NCBI GenBank assembly: GCA_030650415.1
Contig: JAUSEG010000042.1
Coordinates: forward strand, 15,052-79,051
Length of the DNA: 64,000 bases
DNA from: a bacterium
Lineage (GTDB): Bacteria > Patescibacteriota > Patescibacteriia > Patescibacteriales > GWC2-42-12
Direction: 5' to 3'
In this document: in pieces, positions 43,298-52,147 of the stretch
Position numbering within the stretch: the first letter of the stretch is position 1
How the letters are laid out: the number at the start of each line of letters is the position of its first letter
Program-made: the position numbers and the translations under genes
Notes under the pieces: generated by a model
What the model was told of the DNA's origin: nothing
What the model saw: only the letters and a program-made list of their open reading frames with translations
Database searches by the model: none

Positions 43298-44728
43298 ATG
43301 GTAGAAACTAAAAAAAAGAAAAAGCCCCTGCCCCTGGTCGTCATCTTCGGCCGCACCAATGTCGGTAAATCCACTTTATTCAATTGCCTGATTGAAAAAC
43401 GCCAAGCCCTGGTTTCGGATATGGAAGAAACCACCCGAGACAGCAACCTCGGAGAAATTTCTTGGTCCGGCCGTAAATTTACCCTAGTGGACACCGGCGG
43501 CATGGTTGATCTAAAACATTTGTCAAACAAAACAAAAACCACGGACGAAGTTGGAGTCCAAGTGCAAAAACAGGCTTTTAAATATCTAAAACAAGCCGAC
43601 TTGGTTTTATTTCTGCTTGATAATAAATCCGGCCTCATGCCCCAAGATAAAGAACTGGCGCTCATAATTAAAAAAAATGTTGACTCAAAAAAAATTATTT
43701 TAACGGTCAATAAGGTTGACGCGCCGAAAGACCGGCTAAGAATTTCCGAATTTTATAAATTATCTTTCGGCGAACCCTCCTTGGTCTCGGCCGCCAACGG
43801 CTCGGGCACGGGCGACTTACTGGATTTAATCGCCAAAAAACTTAGATTTAAAAAAATTAAAAGCGATAAAGATAAAAAATACTTAAATAAAGAACTGCCC
43901 CTGCCGGTTGCGGACAACTTAATTAAAGTTTGTATCATCGGCAAACCAAATGTCGGAAAATCCAGCCTGTTTAATTCCCTTCTGGGCTATGAACGAGTAA
44001 TTGTCAGCCCGACTCCGCATACGACCCGCGAACCCCAGCATACAAGAATAACTTACGAAGACCGGCCATTACTCTTAATTGATACGGCCGGCATAAGCCA
44101 CAAGGGCGCCAAGACTTACGGTTTGGAAAAATTCAGTATAGGCAAATCTTTATCCACTCTGGCTAAGAGCGATATTGCTTTATTAATCATGGACATAAAT
44201 CAAGAACTCACTCATCAAGACGCCCGGCTCGTGCAAGAAATAGTTGACCGCAATAAAAGTTTTATTTTCATCGCCAATAAGTGGGACTTAGTTCCCGAAC
44301 GGGACACAAAAAAATATACGAATTATCTTTACGGTAAAATGCCTTTCGCCCGCTACGCGCCAGTCCAATTTATTTCCGCCAAGACCGGAGAAAAAGTTAA
44401 AAAGATCTTTGATTTAATTTTGCAAATCGACCAGCAAAAAAATATAACCTTAAGCGACTCTACTCTGGCTCATTTCCTCTCGCGCATCGTTAAAACACAC
44501 CGCCCGACCAGAGGAAAAGGCGTCCGACATCCCAGAATTCGCGACTTTACTCAAATCAGCGTTAACCCGCCAAGATTTGAAATAAGAATCGGCCCGCAGG
44601 AAGATCTGCATTTTTCTTACATTCGTTTCATTGAAAACCGCTTAAGAGAAACTTATGGTTTTTTAGGCACGCCTTTAACCGTGCAAATCGCCAAGAATAA
44701 AACCACCCATGGTTTGCATCAAGAATAA
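43298..44728 (+). CDS. der: ribosome-biogenesis GTPase Der (EngA)
   Basis: Two G domains (GRTNVGKSTLFN; GKPNVGKSSLFN; DTGG/DTAG; NKVD/NKWD) plus a KH-like C-terminus. Confidence 0.92.
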   Translation: MVETKKKKKPLPLVVIFGRTNVGKSTLFNCLIEKRQALVSDMEETTRDSNLGEISWSGRKFTLVDTGGMVDLKHLSNKTKTTDEVGVQVQKQAFKYLKQADLVLFLLDNKSGLMPQDKELALIIKKNVDSKKIILTVNKVDAPKDRLRISEFYKLSFGEPSLVSAANGSGTGDLLDLIAKKLRFKKIKSDKDKKYLNKELPLPVADNLIKVCIIGKPNVGKSSLFNSLLGYERVIVSPTPHTTREPQHTRITYEDRPLLLIDTAGISHKGAKTYGLEKFSIGKSLSTLAKSDIALLIMDINQELTHQDARLVQEIVDRNKSFIFIANKWDLVPERDTKKYTNYLYGKMPFARYAPVQFISAKTGEKVKKIFDLILQIDQQKNITLSDSTLAHFLSRIVKTHRPTRGKGVRHPRIRDFTQISVNPPRFEIRIGPQEDLHFSYIRFIENRLRETYGFLGTPLTVQIAKNKTTHGLHQE

Positions 44729-44738
44729 CCCCCTTGTT

Positions 44739-44895
44739 GTCATTCCCGAAGCCGAAGGCTGTCGGGAATCCAGGAGTTAAATGTGCTATTATTATTTATA
44801 ACATACATCTGCCAGATAAATATTCTTTTAATTAATTTTATTCTTTAATATTACTCCTGCTTTCTCTCATGGATTCCCGCCTTCGCGGGAATGAC
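44739..44895. mobile_element. 157-bp MITE-like element, GTCAT...ATGAC family
   Basis: GTCATTCCCGAAGCCGAAGGCTGTCGGGAATCCAGGAGTTAAATGT...CATGGATTCCCGCCTTCGCGGGAATGAC, followed by a CTCGCAATGAC half-unit. Confidence 0.7.
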
Positions 44896-44927
44896 AAGGA
44901 GGCTCTCGCAATGACATCCACAATATT

Positions 44928-45479
44928 ATGCGCATTATCGTCGGCCTGGGCAATCCGGGCGAACAATATGCCAACACCCGCCATAACGCCGGCTTTATGG
45001 CCATCGATTCCTTAGCCAAGGAGTTAGATCTCGCTTGGGAAAACAACAAAAAATTTAAAGCCGAAATAGCTAAAAATGACAGCCTAATTTTAGTTAAACC
45101 ATTGGATTTTATGAATAACTCCGGCCGGTCTGTGGCCGCGGTTATGTCATATTTTAAATTACTGCCGAAAAAACTCGGTCTCATAAAAACCGCCAACGCC
45201 GATTTATCGGAAATTTTAACCGTCATTCATGATGACTTGGATATAGAAATGGGAAAATTTAAAGTTTCGATAGATTCAAGGAGCGCCGGCCATCGAGGCG
45301 TGAAATCAATCATCAATCATCTCAAAACCAAGAACTTTAAACGCTTAAGAATCGGCATTAAGACGCCCCTGCTCGAAAAAATTCCGACGGATAAATTTGT
45401 TTTGATGAAATTAAACACCGAAGAGAAAAAAATAATTGATATCACCATATTCGCGGCGTTAAAGGATATTAAAAACTAA
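44928..45479 (+). CDS. pth: peptidyl-tRNA hydrolase
   Basis: IVGLGNPG..Y..TRHNAGF and the HDDLD motif. Confidence 0.9.
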   Translation: MRIIVGLGNPGEQYANTRHNAGFMAIDSLAKELDLAWENNKKFKAEIAKNDSLILVKPLDFMNNSGRSVAAVMSYFKLLPKKLGLIKTANADLSEILTVIHDDLDIEMGKFKVSIDSRSAGHRGVKSIINHLKTKNFKRLRIGIKTPLLEKIPTDKFVLMKLNTEEKKIIDITIFAALKDIKN

Positions 45480-45539
45480 TACCTTTTAATATAAATTTAA
45501 TTTATTTATATATTAATTAACACATTTAACAAAAAATGT

Positions 45540-45896
45540 ATGAATACAAATGAAATGCCACCAATCAAAAAAAATCTGGTTAAAAACACAATGGGCAACA
45601 AAGACCTTGAAAAATCATATGAAGAATTTGCCAAACAAGCTGGTGTCGAAAACTTAGATGATTTAAATGATAAACGCAGTGGCGGTTTTAGCGCCAAAGG
45701 TAAAGAAATTCATGCCGCTTGGTTAATAAATAACCCTGATTCTTCGCCAGAATTAAATAATGAAATACTTCAATCCGTTGAAGAACAAGGTGGGAGATTA
45801 AACCGCGTAATTCGTGAAGGTAATCAGGAAGAGACTCTCGCGACTATCGAAAGACTAAAACAACTGCTCAGCAAACTTGAACAAGGAGTAAAATAA
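45540..45896 (+). CDS. hypothetical protein
   Basis: Track ORF of 118 aa, followed by a good terminator. No family recognised. Confidence 0.5.
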   Translation: MNTNEMPPIKKNLVKNTMGNKDLEKSYEEFAKQAGVENLDDLNDKRSGGFSAKGKEIHAAWLINNPDSSPELNNEILQSVEEQGGRLNRVIREGNQEETLATIERLKQLLSKLEQGVK

Positions 45897-45912
45897 ATTT
45901 CTATTTAAAAAC

Positions 45913-45945
45913 GCCCCTTACCAAAACTGGTGAGGGGTGTTTTTT
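45913..45945 (+). terminator. rho-independent terminator
   Basis: GCCCCTTACC-aaaac-tGGTGAGGGGT followed by TTTTTT (one G-U pair). Confidence 0.65.
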
Positions 45946-46224
45946 ATAATATCCAAAATTCTGGCTAGAAGCCCGGGATAAACCCGATTGAAGACGTTGG
46001 CCAAACCAGGAGGGAGGTTTAACCGCCATCACTCCTAGACAGAATCCTAAATACTATTCTACGAACGTGAAATATGTTATTATTAAAAATAACCATTGCA
46101 AAAATTTAATGTCATAATATATTATCATAACCGATTTTCTCTGTCAAGGGTTAAAATAAATTAAAAAAAGCGAATTGCTCAATGAAATAAGCTAAAATAA
46201 AAGCCATCTCTTTGACGACATTTC

Positions 46225-46261
46225 CCATAATTCATGATTCATTATTCATAATTCATTCCTT
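46225..46261. repeat. ATTCAT array element abutting the dprA start codon
   Basis: ccataattcatgattcattattcataattcattcctt, then ATG. Near-identical to 57950-57983 and 23764-23795. Confidence 0.7.
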
Positions 46262-47353
46262 ATGGAGGATCTAAAATATTGGCTGGCTCTAAGCCAGTTT
46301 TATAAATTTGGCCCGGTTAAATTTAAAAAAATAAAAAAATATTTTCCAAATATGGAGGCGGCTTTTAAAGCTCCCTACGAAGAATATCTTCGCGCCGGCA
46401 TCGATGAAAAAACCGCCGAAGAATTTACAATTTTTAAACATCAAGTTGAACCGGATCGGCTCTTAGAAAATTTAAACAAAGAAAAAATTAAAGTTTTAAC
46501 CATCGATGACCCCGCCTATCCAAAACTTTTAAAACAGATTTATGATGCGCCTCTCTTAATTTACTATCGAGGTGATCTAAAGGCTTTTAGCGAATTCGCG
46601 CTGGCGATCGTGGGTACAAGAAAATATACTCATTACGGCCAGCAAGTCACGGAAAAAATTACCAGAGACTTAGTCGCCAACGGCTTAACTATCGTCAGCG
46701 GTCTGGCTTTAGGCGTAGATGCTATCGCTCATTCGGCGGCCGTAGAGGCGGGCGGAAAAACCATCGCGGTCCTAGGCTGTGGAATCGACCGGCAAAGTAT
46801 CTACCCTTCGCAGAATCGCTATCTAGCGGATAAAATAGAGGCTCATGGCGGTATCATTTTAACCGAATATCCGCTTGGCGCCATGCCGTTAAAACAGAAC
46901 TTCCCCCAACGAAACCGCTTAATTTCCGGCCTATCGCTCGGTACTTTAGTGATTGAAGCCGGGGAAAAATCCGGCTCCATTATCACGGCCATGCACGCCT
47001 TAGAGCAAAATCGTGACGTCTTCGCCATTCCGGGCAGTATTTACTCCGCTTACTCGGCCGGCACCAACAGTTTAATTAAACTTGGAGCTAAACTTGTCTC
47101 CGGCGCAGGAGACATCCTTGAATCGCTTGATTTAACCCAGGCCGTCGCCTATACGGAAAACAAAAAAATCATTCCCGAATCAAACGAAGAAGGATTAATT
47201 TTAAGCAAATTAAATTACGAACCGGTCCATATTGACGAGCTGGTTCGTTTGACAAAACTTGACGCTTCAATTATAAATAGTACACTTACTATGATGGAAA
47301 TGAAGGGCATGATAAAAAATCTTGGCGGCATGCAGTATGTTTTAGCGCGATAA
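46262..47353 (+). CDS. dprA: DNA processing protein DprA (Smf)
   Basis: IVGTRK.T.YG, SGLALGVDAIAH, VLGCGID and FPQRNRLISGLS motifs. Confidence 0.9.
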   Translation: MEDLKYWLALSQFYKFGPVKFKKIKKYFPNMEAAFKAPYEEYLRAGIDEKTAEEFTIFKHQVEPDRLLENLNKEKIKVLTIDDPAYPKLLKQIYDAPLLIYYRGDLKAFSEFALAIVGTRKYTHYGQQVTEKITRDLVANGLTIVSGLALGVDAIAHSAAVEAGGKTIAVLGCGIDRQSIYPSQNRYLADKIEAHGGIILTEYPLGAMPLKQNFPQRNRLISGLSLGTLVIEAGEKSGSIITAMHALEQNRDVFAIPGSIYSAYSAGTNSLIKLGAKLVSGAGDILESLDLTQAVAYTENKKIIPESNEEGLILSKLNYEPVHIDELVRLTKLDASIINSTLTMMEMKGMIKNLGGMQYVLAR

Positions 47354-47362
47354 ATCATTATT

Positions 47363-47563
47363 GTCATTGCGAGGAGCGAGTGAATCCGCCAGCTGGCGGA
47401 GCAACGAGCGACGCGGCAATCTCTGGTTAGAAAAACTTAACTAATCTAATGCCAAAAACTCTTTAAGCAAAATTTAACTTATTAATATAAGCATTTCCTA
47501 TTATTTTGTCTTTCTTTTTAACCATAGATTGCCACGCCTGCCTGTTGGCAGGCTCGCAATGAC
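47363..47563. mobile_element. ~200-bp MITE-like element (GTCATTGCGAGG...GCTCGCAATGAC)
   Basis: Composite palindromic ends (CCGCCAGCTGGCGG on the left, GCCTGCCTGTTGGCAGGC on the right) flank an AT-rich core. It fills the dprA-topA spacer. Confidence 0.65.
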
Positions 47564-47572
47564 ATCTAAAAT

Positions 47573-49858
47573 ATGAAACTAGTTATCGTCGAATCACCAA
47601 CCAAAGCCAAAACCATTACTAAATTCTTAGGTTCCGATTATACTGTCGAATCTTCTTTCGGGCATGTCCGCGATTTGCCGGTCAGTAAAATGGGTATTGA
47701 TATTGAACATGATTTTGAACCGAAGTATGTGGTGCCGAAAAAAGCCAAGGTTAACTTAAAAAAACTTCAAGAATTAGCTAAAAAATCAGACTTGATAATT
47801 CTCGCAACCGACGAAGACCGCGAAGGCGAAGCGATCGCCTGGCATCTGGCCGAAGCGCTTAAAGTTGATCCGAAAGATACTAACCGCATCGTCTTTCATG
47901 AAATTACCAAAACGGCAATCGCGGAAGCTATCGAGCATCCGAGAAAAATCGATATGAAACTGGTAAACGCCCAGCAGGCTAGAAGAATTCTTGATCGCTT
48001 GGTCGGCTACGAACTCTCCCCTTTCCTCTGGAAAAAAGTCGCTAAAGGCTTATCGGCCGGACGCGTGCAATCAGTGGCGGTTCGTTTAATTATTGAACGA
48101 GAACGAGAAATTAAAAAATTTAATATTGAAGAATATTGGTCGGTTTCGGCTAATCTGTCTCCCTACGAGAGATCTGGCGTAGCCAGACAGAACGGCGAAA
48201 AGCTCCCCTTCTTGGCTCGGCTAAATAAAGTTGACGGCAAAACCATTGATAAGCTGGAAATTAAAAATGAAAGTCAGGCGGCGGAAATTCTCACCGCGCT
48301 AAAAGGCGCGAAATATCTGGTGACTGATCTGGAAAAAAAGCAAACTAAGAAGCAACCGCCCAAACCATTTATCACTTCGAGCCTCCAGCAAACCGCCAAC
48401 CGCTGGCTCGGCTTTTCGGCTAAGCAGACTATGATGGTAGCGCAGCAGCTTTACGAAATGGGCTTTATAACTTACATGAGAACCGACTCTTTGAACCTGG
48501 CTGACAAATTTTTAAGCGAGGCGGCCGAATATTTAAAAACTAATCTGGGCGAGAAATATAGCCTAGCTACGCCGCGCCGCTTTAAAACTAAGGATAAAGG
48601 CGCGCAAGAAGCGCATGAAGCCATTCGCCCATCCGAAGCGTCGCGCGCGCCGGAAGCGGCAGCCGCCGACCTGAATCCTAACCAGAATAAACTCTATAAA
48701 TTGATTTGGCAGAGAGCCGTAGCTTCGCAGATGACCGAGGCCATCGTGGATGCTACGGTAGTTGATATCGACACTATTACCCCCTTGATAAAGGGGGCTA
48801 GGGGGATTAATCGCCAATTTCAATTCCGCGCCAACGGCCAAGTTATAAAATTCGACGGCTACCTTAAAATTTATCCGGAAGCCAGCCAGGAAATAATCTT
48901 GCCGGAAATTAAAGTTAAAGAAGAATTGGAACTCCTGGAATTAAAACCCGAACAACATTTTACCAAACCGCCGGCCAGATACTCGGACGCCGGTTTAGTT
49001 AAAGAACTGGAAAAACACGGCATTGGCCGACCTTCTACTTACGCGCCGACTATTAACACAATTATTGACAGAAATTATGTCCAGCGCGACGAAAATAAAC
49101 GCTTAGGCCCGACCGATATCGCCTTCGTAGTAATCGATTTATTGGTTGAGCACTTTCCCAAAATTGTAGATTACGAATTTACCGCTAAAATGGAAAATGA
49201 TTTGGACACAATTGCCGAAGGCGGAGCTAAGTGGCAGCCGATCATTAAAGAATTCTACGACCCTTTCCATGCCAATTTGGAAAATAAATATGAGTCCATT
49301 AATAAAAATGATATCGTGCCGGAAGAAAAAACCACCGAGATTTGCGATAAGTGCGGCGCGCCTATGATCATAAAAACCGGCCGTTATGGAAAATTTTTGG
49401 CTTGCAGCGCCTTTCCCGAATGTAAAAACATAAAATCCCTGCCCGGAACCGATAAAAACAAAAACGGCCTAGCTGATAGTAAAGAAATTGATGAATTAAA
49501 AGAAAAGTATAAAACCGAAGTTTGCGGTAAATGCGGCGCGCCCATGGCGGTTAAAGTCGGAAAATTCGGCCCCTTCCTTGCCTGCTCCGCTTACCCGAAA
49601 TGCAAAAATATTAAGAGCATAAACGGCCCGAGCCAACAAACCGGCATAACTTGCCCGGTCTGCAAAAAAGGCGAAATCGTGCAAAAACGCAGCCGCCGCG
49701 GCATCTTCTACGCTTGCAACCAATATCCTGACTGCAAAACCGCTTTCTGGGGAAAACCAACCGGCGAAAAATGCCCTGACTGCGATAGTTTACTAATTGA
49801 AGACGCTAAAAAGGGCGAAGTTAAATGCTCAAATAAAGAATGCGGGTATATTAAATAG
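47573..49858 (+). CDS. topA: DNA topoisomerase I
   Basis: TOPRIM (LVIVESPTKAKTI; ATDEDREGEAIAW), active-site region (ITYMRTDS) and several C-terminal CxxC Zn ribbons. Confidence 0.93.
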   Translation: MKLVIVESPTKAKTITKFLGSDYTVESSFGHVRDLPVSKMGIDIEHDFEPKYVVPKKAKVNLKKLQELAKKSDLIILATDEDREGEAIAWHLAEALKVDPKDTNRIVFHEITKTAIAEAIEHPRKIDMKLVNAQQARRILDRLVGYELSPFLWKKVAKGLSAGRVQSVAVRLIIEREREIKKFNIEEYWSVSANLSPYERSGVARQNGEKLPFLARLNKVDGKTIDKLEIKNESQAAEILTALKGAKYLVTDLEKKQTKKQPPKPFITSSLQQTANRWLGFSAKQTMMVAQQLYEMGFITYMRTDSLNLADKFLSEAAEYLKTNLGEKYSLATPRRFKTKDKGAQEAHEAIRPSEASRAPEAAAADLNPNQNKLYKLIWQRAVASQMTEAIVDATVVDIDTITPLIKGARGINRQFQFRANGQVIKFDGYLKIYPEASQEIILPEIKVKEELELLELKPEQHFTKPPARYSDAGLVKELEKHGIGRPSTYAPTINTIIDRNYVQRDENKRLGPTDIAFVVIDLLVEHFPKIVDYEFTAKMENDLDTIAEGGAKWQPIIKEFYDPFHANLENKYESINKNDIVPEEKTTEICDKCGAPMIIKTGRYGKFLACSAFPECKNIKSLPGTDKNKNGLADSKEIDELKEKYKTEVCGKCGAPMAVKVGKFGPFLACSAYPKCKNIKSINGPSQQTGITCPVCKKGEIVQKRSRRGIFYACNQYPDCKTAFWGKPTGEKCPDCDSLLIEDAKKGEVKCSNKECGYIK
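48780..48808 (+). repeat. hairpin+G-run repeat inserted in frame in topA
   Basis: CCCCCTTGATAAAGGGGGCTAGGGGGATT is translated as PLIKGARGI. Confidence 0.75.
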
Positions 49859-49880
49859 TTAAAAGTCATAATCTAAAACA

Positions 49881-49907
49881 AAAAAACCGTCACTTAGACG
49901 GTTTTTT
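49881..49907. terminator. bidirectional terminator between convergent genes
   Basis: AAAAAACCGTC-actta-GACGGTTTTTT. Confidence 0.65.
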
Positions 49908-49924
49908 CTATATAAACCTATTTT

Positions 49925-50248
49925 TTATACTTCCTTCTTAGTTTTCTTCTTCTTTTCTCCCCGATCCTTCATAATTTCAATCAATTTTTTAACTCCCTCG
50001 CCGATCAGCATTAAATATGACGCGCTATGTTCAATTTTTTCTTTTAAAGAATTAATCATGCCCTCAACCGAATTGATGATTCCGTCAACTTTATGCAACC
50101 GATCGCGCATTTCTTTCGTAACTTGGAAGGCCTGCTGCAAAATTCTGGCTAAATAATAAATCGCCCAGCAAACAAAAAAAGTTAGCCCTAAAATAGAAAT
50201 GGAAATTACCATGTATAAGAGATCTTGATTGTCATTGATTGATGGCAT
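49925..50248 (-). CDS. small membrane protein, hypothetical
   Basis: 107 aa with one TM near the N-terminus and a Lys-rich tail. Confidence 0.5.
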   Translation of the reverse strand: MPSINDNQDLLYMVISISILGLTFFVCWAIYYLARILQQAFQVTKEMRDRLHKVDGIINSVEGMINSLKEKIEHSASYLMLIGEGVKKLIEIMKDRGEKKKKTKKEV

Positions 50249-50269
50249 AATTTTTTAATATTTTATTAT

Positions 50270-50623
50270 TTAATTTTTATTTGTATCGTCGGTTTTTTCT
50301 TCCGCTTTCTCAATCACCTCAACCAATTCAATTTTTATTCCGCCGGTTCTTTTAGCCAGCCGATTATATATTCCGGCCATTATATAACCGATAATCCAGC
50401 CGATTAGCGCGGTTAATAGCGCGGTTAAAACTCCTAAGAGCAGGCCGGCGCCAATGTTGAATGAAGTTACTAAAATAACCGAGCCCTGAAAATCTTTTCG
50501 CGCGATAATATTAATTATGGTTAATACGGCTACAACTAAGGCCATAAAAAAACCCACCAAGCCGTAAATTAAGGCCATCATTTTCGCCAGTGATTTCTTG
50601 TTAATACTTTTTATTTCTTTCAT
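50270..50623 (-). CDS. membrane protein, hypothetical
   Basis: Start taken at MKEIKSINKKSLAKMMALIYG. Three hydrophobic spans. Confidence 0.5.
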   Translation of the reverse strand: MKEIKSINKKSLAKMMALIYGLVGFFMALVVAVLTIINIIARKDFQGSVILVTSFNIGAGLLLGVLTALLTALIGWIIGYIMAGIYNRLAKRTGGIKIELVEVIEKAEEKTDDTNKN

Positions 50624-50695
50624 AAAATAAAAAACGAATAATCTTCTATTTTTTCTATAATCACGCGGATTAACGACGTAAATATTATACCACAC

Positions 50696-51583
50696 CTACT
50701 TAAAAACGCTAAGCAGCTTTAACCAATCATCAACCGATAATTCCTGGGCTCTAATCTTACCGTTAAACCCGGCCTGAATAATTTTATTTTCCGCATCAGC
50801 TTGATCTATCTTAAAACCGGCGGCTAGATTATTTTTTAGCATCTTTCTTCTGGCGCTAAAGCCGAATTTCACCAATTGAAAAAAGTTTTTTTCTCTCTCT
50901 ATCCCCCCTGACAAGGGGGGAAGAAGGGGGGTTTTATGGGGTATAATTTTTATTATAGCACTATCGACCTTCGGTTCCGGCCAAAAAAATTCCTTGGGCA
51001 CGAGTTTAATAATCTCCGCTTGAGCGTAAAATTTAACCGAAACGGAAAGTAAACTCATTTTCCCGGGCTTGCCCCGTGAAATGCGCTTCGCGCCCCGACT
51101 TATTGCCGGGATTTCACGGGGTGAAGCGGTAATTCTTTCCGCCACTTCCTTTTGCAGCATGAGCGCCATTAAATCGGGCTTTATTTCCGCCTCAAGAAAC
51201 TTTCTTAAAAATATGGAAGTAATGTTATATGGCAGATTCGCCACAACTTTAAATTTTGAAATTGGAAATTTTAATATGTCGCCATTTACTACTTCGACAT
51301 TCTCAATCTTCCGCGCGGCCAGTCCGATCTCTAAAACCTCGGCCAATTTATCGTCTAACTCCACGGCGATTACTTTTTTAACTCGAGCTGCTAGCTTAAA
51401 CGTCAAAAAACCTAAACCCGGTCCAACTTCTAAAACTATGTCATCAATTTTTAAATCGGCCGCGGCCACCATCTCGTCGTAAGCTTCTTCTCTAATTAAA
51501 AAATTCTGCCCTTTTGAGCGGGCAGGAATTATCTGATGCAGTTTGCACAAATTTTTAGTTTGTTCGAGTAAATCCATATACAT
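50696..51583 (-). CDS. rsmA: 16S rRNA (adenine1518/1519-N6)-dimethyltransferase
   Basis: KGQNFL, VLEVGPGLGFLT, ANLPYNI and FSARRK motifs. Contains two repeat-derived in-frame insertions. Confidence 0.9.
   Translation of the reverse strand: MYMDLLEQTKNLCKLHQIIPARSKGQNFLIREEAYDEMVAAADLKIDDIVLEVGPGLGFLTFKLAARVKKVIAVELDDKLAEVLEIGLAARKIENVEVVNGDILKFPISKFKVVANLPYNITSIFLRKFLEAEIKPDLMALMLQKEVAERITASPREIPAISRGAKRISRGKPGKMSLLSVSVKFYAQAEIIKLVPKEFFWPEPKVDSAIIKIIPHKTPLLPPLSGGIEREKNFFQLVKFGFSARRKMLKNNLAAGFKIDQADAENKIIQAGFNGKIRAQELSVDDWLKLLSVFK
50903..50931 (+). repeat. hairpin+G-run variant inside rsmA
   Basis: CCCCCCTGACAAGGGGGGAAGAAGGGGGG, read on the minus strand as PLLPPLSGG. Confidence 0.6.
51072..51121. 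repeat. 50-bp CCCCGTGAAAT...ATTTCACGGGG element inserted in frame in rsmA
   Basis: Perfect 11-bp inverted arms. It is translated as part of PREIPAISRGAKRISRGK, an 18-aa block that interrupts the usual KsgA ...A.PG.K.Y..LSV... region. Confidence 0.75.
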
Positions 51584-51589
51584 TTACTA

Positions 51590-51621
51590 CCCCCTTTAAC
51601 AAAGGGGGACAAGGGGGATTT
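51590..51621 (+). repeat. hairpin+G-run repeat
   Basis: CCCCCTTTAACAAAGGGGGACAAGGGGGATTT. Confidence 0.8.
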
Positions 51622-51627
51622 ATATTT

Positions 51628-52119
51628 TTATTTGCCCCTAATTCCTGCTATAATATATTTATCAAACCAATTAATAATCTTATCCTTAAAACCGGCTTTA
51701 GCCATACAGCCATAACAACCGCCGGCTGACGCTAAAACTCCGCTGTCCATTTGTGTCATGGTCATACCTCCGGCGATTAGTTGTCCGCCAGAAGTTAAAC
51801 CGGCTTGGGCGATAGCTGTAATTAAAAAAAGCGCGTTACTACCCATGCCGCCGGCAGGTGAGCCGCTAACGTCAGAATACAAAGCGCATCTACCGACATC
51901 TAGTAAATTGCACAAAGTTCCTCCGGTACAGATAGGCGGCACTCCAGTTGTTACGCAGGGTATTACAATTACGTTAGTTAGTCCAATTTGATAGGGATAG
52001 CCGCCGGCCGATTGCGCGGCCTTAATTAAAGGAGCTTCGGGCCAGAAATAGTAAAATCCGCTGACTGAGATAATAGCAACAAAAATTAAAAATATAATGA
52101 CTTTTCTCATAGTAGTCAC
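51628..52119 (-). CDS. small secreted Cys/Gly-rich protein, hypothetical
   Basis: Signal/TM (VIIFLIFVAIISVSGFYYF). No family recognised. Confidence 0.5.
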   Translation of the reverse strand: MTTMRKVIIFLIFVAIISVSGFYYFWPEAPLIKAAQSAGGYPYQIGLTNVIVIPCVTTGVPPICTGGTLCNLLDVGRCALYSDVSGSPAGGMGSNALFLITAIAQAGLTSGGQLIAGGMTMTQMDSGVLASAGGCYGCMAKAGFKDKIINWFDKYIIAGIRGK

Positions 52120-52147
52120 ATTATACCATTTTTTAATAAAATTTTCA

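Noticed and set aside
43228-43710. 160-aa minus-strand ORF overlapping der (similarly 44867..45226 over pth, 11734..12216 over dinD, 51069..51482 over rsmA, 36392..36873 near relA)
   Set aside because: These are antisense to confidently identified genes and partly translate repeats. Their composition is typical of shadow ORFs.
45960-46043. tRNA or fluoride riboswitch in the pth-dprA region spacer
   Set aside because: There is no T-loop (GTTCRA) or cloverleaf. A by-eye comparison with the crcB motif fails beyond GATGG/AAC fragments. It is kept only as a low-interest structured-region note.
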